Origin: Armatimonadota bacterium
Lineage (GTDB): Bacteria > Armatimonadota > Hebobacteria > GCA-020354555 > CP070648
Assembly: GCA_035527535.1 (NCBI GenBank)
Contig: DATLAK010000139.1
Span: forward strand, 1-62,193
Length of the DNA: 62,193 bases
Direction: 5' to 3'
The position numbers and the translations under genes are program-made. The notes below the pieces were generated by a model. The model did not search any database and was not told where the DNA came from. It was given only the letters and a program-made list of their open reading frames with translations. Positions 57,981-62,193 of this stretch are shown here, one piece after another; within the stretch, counting starts at the first letter, position 1; the number at the start of each line of letters is the position of its first letter.

Positions 57981-58547
57981 ATGTCCCCCAGAGCTCTGAT
58001 CGGCCTGTCGGTTGTAGTCGCGGTGATGGTTTTGACGTTCGCGGTGGCGGCCGCTCTACCCGAAGCCCCCGCGCCGCCCCAGCCCCGCGTCGAGGAGCTG
58101 CACACTGACGCCGGTATCGTCACCATCACCGGCCCCGCCCGGGCGACCGCCGACGACTTGGGCGTCGCCGCCTTCGCCGGCGCGCGCGAGAAAGAGTCGA
58201 GCCTGTGGCGCCTGAAGCCGCCCAAGGGCGACGAATGGAAGCTCGCGTCGGCGGAATTCACCAGCACCACCGCGCTCGACACCCTGGAGCGGTTCTACCG
58301 CACGGCGCTGGGCGACCCCGAGGTGCGCCGCACCCGCAGCGAGGGGCAGACCGTAATCGTGCTCAGCCGCGCCAAGGGCCCCGAGTCCATCGTCGTCCGC
58401 ATCGCCGGCGCCGGACCTCCGGCGGCCGCCACCATCCTGGTGCGGCGGGCGGTCATGGGCTCGCCGGTGACGATCGAGCCGGGAACCGGCGGTAGCTACA
58501 TCCACCCCGAGGAGCCGGAGCCCGACGAGCGCTCCATCTCAACTTAG
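57981..58547 (+). CDS. Hypothetical secreted/anchored protein
   Basis: N-terminal hydrophobic segment LIGLSVVVAVMVLTFAVAAAL. GGGAGGAAAG RBS. No known motif. Confidence 0.5.
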   Translation: MSPRALIGLSVVVAVMVLTFAVAAALPEAPAPPQPRVEELHTDAGIVTITGPARATADDLGVAAFAGAREKESSLWRLKPPKGDEWKLASAEFTSTTALDTLERFYRTALGDPEVRRTRSEGQTVIVLSRAKGPESIVVRIAGAGPPAAATILVRRAVMGSPVTIEPGTGGSYIHPEEPEPDERSIST

Positions 58548-58656
58548 CGCTGCCTCGGCAAGGGTTCGCCGCCGACATCTAGGACGCGCCTCGCTGGAGC
58601 GAGGGGTGACCGGATTCAGCAGGTATCCGAGCGCCCCCGGCAGGCGGCGCGGCCGG

Positions 58657-59283
58657 TCAAACACGAGGGCGCAACCGGCGCAGCGCCGGGCGGCACAGGC
58701 ACAGCAAGAGGCGTGACGCGCCGCGCCTGCTCAGGGCGCCGCCGCAGCCGCGACAGGCGCCCGCGTGCGCGCGGTTGGGGCGGCCGCAGCGCGGGCAATA
58801 GACCACGAATTCCTGTGTAGCCGTCGCCGCCAGCCGGCTGACTGCGGGGCGATCGGCCTCGTCCGCCAGCGTGACCGCTTCATCGAGGGCCGCCAGCCCG
58901 GCCTCGATTTGCCCGGTCGCCAGCAGCGCCCGTCCCAGGTGCAGGCGCACCGCGGGGTTAAGGGGCTGCTCCGCCGCCAGCTCCCACGCGTCGGCCAATC
59001 CGCTCTGCAGTTCACCCTCGGCGATGGAACCCCCGCGTCCGCGTCCCCACCGCCACCGCCCCGCCGGCGCCAGCACCAGCGGCAGCATCAGCCAATACCA
59101 CGCCGTGCCCAGCCGCCGCAGCGCGCACGCGCTCAACGCCGTCACCAGCGCGGCGCGCACCAGCACTCCCGGCCAGTTCTCATCCGCGCTCACCCAGCGC
59201 CCGATCAGCGCCGCCAGCGCGACCGAGAACGCCACCGCCCCCGCCGCCAGTTGGAAGCCGCGGAGGTAGTCGCCCGCCCACAT
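58657..59283 (-). CDS. Hypothetical membrane protein with a TPR-like helical segment and C-terminal zinc ribbon
   Basis: Three hydrophobic helices, then LGRALLATGQIEAGLAALDEAV and CPRCGRPN...CRGCG. Start set at ATG 59283; the longer ORF runs into a REP element. Confidence 0.45.
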   Translation of the reverse strand: MWAGDYLRGFQLAAGAVAFSVALAALIGRWVSADENWPGVLVRAALVTALSACALRRLGTAWYWLMLPLVLAPAGRWRWGRGRGGSIAEGELQSGLADAWELAAEQPLNPAVRLHLGRALLATGQIEAGLAALDEAVTLADEADRPAVSRLAATATQEFVVYCPRCGRPNRAHAGACRGCGGALSRRGASRLLLCLCRPALRRLRPRV

Positions 59284-59390
59284 CACACCGGTGTCGTTCC
59301 ACGATCGGGTGGTCGCGCCAACAGGGAATCGTCGGGCGCTTTGGTGGGGAAAGAGGCACACGGCCCCGCGACGACATACGGCGACGACGC

Positions 59391-59417
59391 TGTCATCCTG
59401 AGCGCCGGCGAAGGATC
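59391..59417. repeat. REP single arm, family TGTCAYYCYGAGCGNNGCGARGRATC
   Basis: TGTCATCCTGAGCGCCGGCGAAGGATC. Confidence 0.7.
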
Positions 59418-59516
59418 TTGGTATGCCTCCGCGGCGGCGCCTCACGCGTCGAGGGCCTCTCAGGAGCTCCGTTCTTGGCATCAAGGCGGCTCGAAGCGGC
59501 TTCCGGCCTCATGTGG

Positions 59517-59535
59517 CACAGCCGCCTCGGCTGTG
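59517..59535. repeat. REP-type hairpin CACAGCCG-N3-CGGCTGTG (copy 2 of 3)
   Basis: CACAGCCG cct CGGCTGTG. Confidence 0.7.
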
Positions 59536-59561
59536 TGGGCACCGCTCGGCAGTGCCTATTC

Positions 59562-59582
59562 AACCCCGACCAGTCGGGGTTC
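59562..59582. repeat. REP-type hairpin CCCCGAC-N3-GTCGGGG
   Basis: AACCCCGAC cag GTCGGGGTT. Related to 8231-8254 and 26355-26374. Confidence 0.7.
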
Positions 59583-59627
59583 CACATCCATCTGCAGATT
59601 CGGCGGGGAGGTTCATGCCCGCGCAGC

Positions 59628-61820
59628 CTAAGAACGGAGCTCCTGCAGGGCCTCCAGGTTGTTCCGCACCAGCACCGTCTTGGGATGGTCCTCCCCCAGG
59701 AACTCCCGGAGTATCCTCAGCGCCCGCTCGCAGTGCACCCGCGCGCCGGTCAGGTCGCCCAGGTCTTGCAGGACAAGGCCGAGATTGTTGACGTCCGTGG
59801 CAACCTCTGGATGGTCGGGGCCGTGGGCCTTCTCGTCAATCGCCAGCGCGCGCTCGAAGTGCGCCCGCGCGCCCGCCAGGTCGCCCAGGGCTTGCAGGAC
59901 AAGGCCGAGGTTGTTGATCCGGATCGCCACCTTCGGGTGGTCGGGGCCGAATGCCTTCTCGTCAATCGCCAGCGCGCGCTCGAAGTGCGCCCGCGCGCCC
60001 GCCAAGTCGCCCTGGTCTTGCAGGACGCTGCCGAGGTTGTTGGCGACTACGGCGACTTGCGGATGGTCGGGGCCGAATGCCTTCTCGTCAATCGCCAGCG
60101 CGCGCTCGAAGGCGGTCCTCGCCTGAGCGAACTGCGCGCGTCCCCTAAGGTACGCCCCCGACTCGTTCAGCAGGCGCGCGGTTGCGTCCGGAGCCGCCGC
60201 AAGCGCCTCCGCGTGCTCCGCCGCCGACAGCGCATGGGGCAGCAGGCGCGAGCACGTGGGCCAGGTCCGCACGTCATCACTGTCATACGGAAAGGCTTGG
60301 TTCACCAGGCGCACGGCGGCCTCGACCCATGTCTTGCGGGCATCGTCGGGCAGGCGGTCACGGGTCACCGCCTGCACCAGCGGGTGCACCGACAGGGCGT
60401 CGTCGCCGACCTCGACCAGGGAGTAGCGCCGCAGGGCTGCCACAGCCTCATTGAACGCCAACTCGTCTCCCGCCGGGGCAGCCAGCAGTTCCGGCAAGTG
60501 CTTTCCGCCCTGCCGCAGAAGGTCGCACGGGGTGTCATCAGGCGCCAGGAAAGCGCAGAGGTTCAATAGGCCCGCACCGGCGCGCGACTCGTCACACAGC
60601 CGGTCCATGGCCAGACACCACGTGGTGGCCACGGTGGCGGGGTAATCCAGAGGCGGCTTCTCCTTTGCCCAGAGGTCTTCGTGTCGAGCCTTGAAGAGCT
60701 CAACGTAGCTCGCGAGTGTCGCGCCTGTGGCTTCGATGTACGCCGCCGCCTGCTCCAGGGCCAACGGCAGGTCACCCAGGGCCTCCGCCAGCGCGCTGGC
60801 TGCCTTCCGGTCCTTCTGTTTGGTACGCTTGAGCAGGAACTTCACCGACTCCGCCGGTTTCCATACCTTCACTTGCAGCGGACGCGCGACCGCACCCCAT
60901 GCCAGGTTGCGAGAGGTGATGATGACGTGCCCGCCGGCCCCCTGCGGCAAGCAGCCCTGAAGGTCGGTCGGCTCCGCCGCGTTGTCGAAGACCAGCAGCC
61001 ACCCGTCGCGCTTATCGAGCCACCGGCGGACCGCCTCGACGATTTCGCGTTGGTCGGTGGCATCTTTCTCGGGCAATCCGAGCGGCCCGGCGAGGGATGC
61101 ATACTCGCTGGCCAGCGCCGCCGGCTCCTCTGAGCGCACCCACCAGATGATGTCGTAATCAGCCGCGTGAGCGTATGCGTACTCCAGCGCAAGCTGCGTC
61201 TTGCCCACCCCGCCGAGGCCGTGAATGGCCTGAGTCAGCGCGGCAGGCGTGCCCGAGGTCAGCGCCTCGCGCAGGCGCTTGAGAAGGTCTTTCCGCCCGG
61301 TGAAGTTGCGGTTGCGGGGGTGGGGGAGGTGACAGGTCGCGGGCAATGCTCCGGGAAAGTGCGGGTGTTCGGCGACGGAGCGCGCGGCCTGCCCGGGGAA
61401 GGCAGGCGCTGTTGTGGGCTTGGCGCGGCCGAGCCGTACACCTTCGAGCAAGGTGCGGCTGGCGCTCCGCTCGTCCTTCCCTACAAGGTCAATGTAGATG
61501 ACCTGCGCCAGCAACCCTCTCGGGTCGCACTCCCGGACGCGCACCGGCAGCAGGGTGCCTTTCTCGCCTGTTGGATCCTGGGCGAAAGCGGCAGCCCACT
61601 CAGCTTGGGTGAAAAGCGCCTCCACGTAATCGCGAGAGAGAACGGCGACGGTGCGCGCGGCTTCAGTGGCGGCGCGGTCCATCTCGAGGACGAAACTGGA
61701 GCCTGGCCGGAAGTCCCAGGCCTGGAGCATGGTGGTGAATCCGGCCTCCTCCAACTGCCACGCGATCCACTCCGCCCACACCCGGTCCGCGCTGTTGTAG
61801 CTGATGAAGAAGTCTTTCAC
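59628..61820 (-). CDS. TIR / NB-ARC / TPR STAND NTPase (NLR-like)
   Basis: TIR: KDFFISYNSADRVWAEWIAWQLEEAGF...VLSRDYVEALFTQAEW. NB-ARC: Walker A GLGGVGKTQLA (nt 61197-61220), Walker B WLLVFDNA, IITSRN and GDLPLALEQAA (GLPL motif). C-terminal TPR_10/12-type repeats (NNLGLVLQ.LGDL.GAR..FERAL). Probable GTG start at 61820 (AGAGGA upstream); the ORF track extends to 61928. Confidence 0.85.
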   Translation of the reverse strand: MKDFFISYNSADRVWAEWIAWQLEEAGFTTMLQAWDFRPGSSFVLEMDRAATEAARTVAVLSRDYVEALFTQAEWAAAFAQDPTGEKGTLLPVRVRECDPRGLLAQVIYIDLVGKDERSASRTLLEGVRLGRAKPTTAPAFPGQAARSVAEHPHFPGALPATCHLPHPRNRNFTGRKDLLKRLREALTSGTPAALTQAIHGLGGVGKTQLALEYAYAHAADYDIIWWVRSEEPAALASEYASLAGPLGLPEKDATDQREIVEAVRRWLDKRDGWLLVFDNAAEPTDLQGCLPQGAGGHVIITSRNLAWGAVARPLQVKVWKPAESVKFLLKRTKQKDRKAASALAEALGDLPLALEQAAAYIEATGATLASYVELFKARHEDLWAKEKPPLDYPATVATTWCLAMDRLCDESRAGAGLLNLCAFLAPDDTPCDLLRQGGKHLPELLAAPAGDELAFNEAVAALRRYSLVEVGDDALSVHPLVQAVTRDRLPDDARKTWVEAAVRLVNQAFPYDSDDVRTWPTCSRLLPHALSAAEHAEALAAAPDATARLLNESGAYLRGRAQFAQARTAFERALAIDEKAFGPDHPQVAVVANNLGSVLQDQGDLAGARAHFERALAIDEKAFGPDHPKVAIRINNLGLVLQALGDLAGARAHFERALAIDEKAHGPDHPEVATDVNNLGLVLQDLGDLTGARVHCERALRILREFLGEDHPKTVLVRNNLEALQELRS

Positions 61821-62026
61821 CGCATCCTCTCGGACGACCGGCGCTCTCGGACTCCGGCAAACGGTTGGGGGCACGAGAACTGCGGAACACCCGGACGGAG
61901 GCCGCGACCCCCGAAGCGCCCCCGGCACTTGCTTTCTGCCTGCCTGGTTGGTGCTCCTTCACGCCGCGCGCGCGCCGCAGGGGATCACCGCGGCGGCGGC
62001 GAACGGGAGGGCGCAACGGAACCGGA

Positions 62027-62046
62027 CACAGCCGAGGGCGGCTGTG
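62027..62046. repeat. REP-type hairpin CACAGCCG-N4-CGGCTGTG (copy 3 of 3)
   Basis: CACAGCCG aggg CGGCTGTG. Confidence 0.7.
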
Positions 62047-62052
62047 CCACAC

Positions 62053-62193
62053 CTAACCCAGATTATGCATTCCGAGCGTGAAGAGCTCACCCAACGGGTG
62101 TGTCATCCCGAGCAACGCGAGGGATCCCCTACCGGGGTTGCTCGCGGCTGGAATCGCTGATCTTGCGCATCCCCGATAGGGGATTCCTCGGGC
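62053..62193. repeat. Core copy of the palindromic element seen at 48037-48514 (cut by the window end)
   Basis: CTAACCCAGATTATGCAT...CTCACCCAACGGGTGTGTCATCCCGAGCAACGCGAGGGATCCCCTACCGGGGTTGCTCGCGGCTGGAAT... is colinear with the non-inserted parts of the 48-kb element. Confidence 0.65.

Overview
Very GC-rich bacterial chromosomal window, by gene content from a diderm, glycan-degrading heterotroph; the phylum cannot be determined from the sequence alone. About 55 protein genes, one tRNA-Arg(CCG), no rRNA, no CRISPR array and no intact mobile element. Calls come from reading the supplied translations for family motifs, and starts were refined by hand using RBS and stop/start overlaps. The backbone is housekeeping (ispE, rarA, mnmA, hisF, dnaG-rpoD, an RsbV/RsbW/SigB-type module) mixed with carbohydrate genes: an ExbBD-TonB-TonB-dependent receptor set, a BNR sialidase-like protein, a giant GH38, two tandem GH29 fucosidases and a heparinase II/III-like protein. 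Two loci are the best candidates for an undescribed or poorly described system. (1) A 1157-aa protein at 20157-23630 (minus) with inverted STAND-like order: N-terminal HEAT repeats, a CARDB-like beta-sandwich, then a C-terminal P-loop ATPase and winged helix, with no recognisable effector domain. It lies downstream of a PHP phosphoesterase and a zinc-ribbon/beta-sandwich membrane protein. (2) A TIR / NB-ARC / TPR STAND protein at 59628-61820 (minus), bounded on both sides by REP-type repeats. Other points are an orphan ECF sigma with a TPR extension flanked by paralogous gene-end remnants, and a decayed REPtron. There is also a GH29 tandem duplication with an IS256 transposase fragment at the junction, a desulforedoxin-like mini-protein with a lysine-rich tail, and an ECF operon encoding a split LiaF-like module. 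Several families of intergenic hairpin repeats occur, including one nested composite element. All family assignments are motif recognition by eye; no HMM or BLAST search was run.
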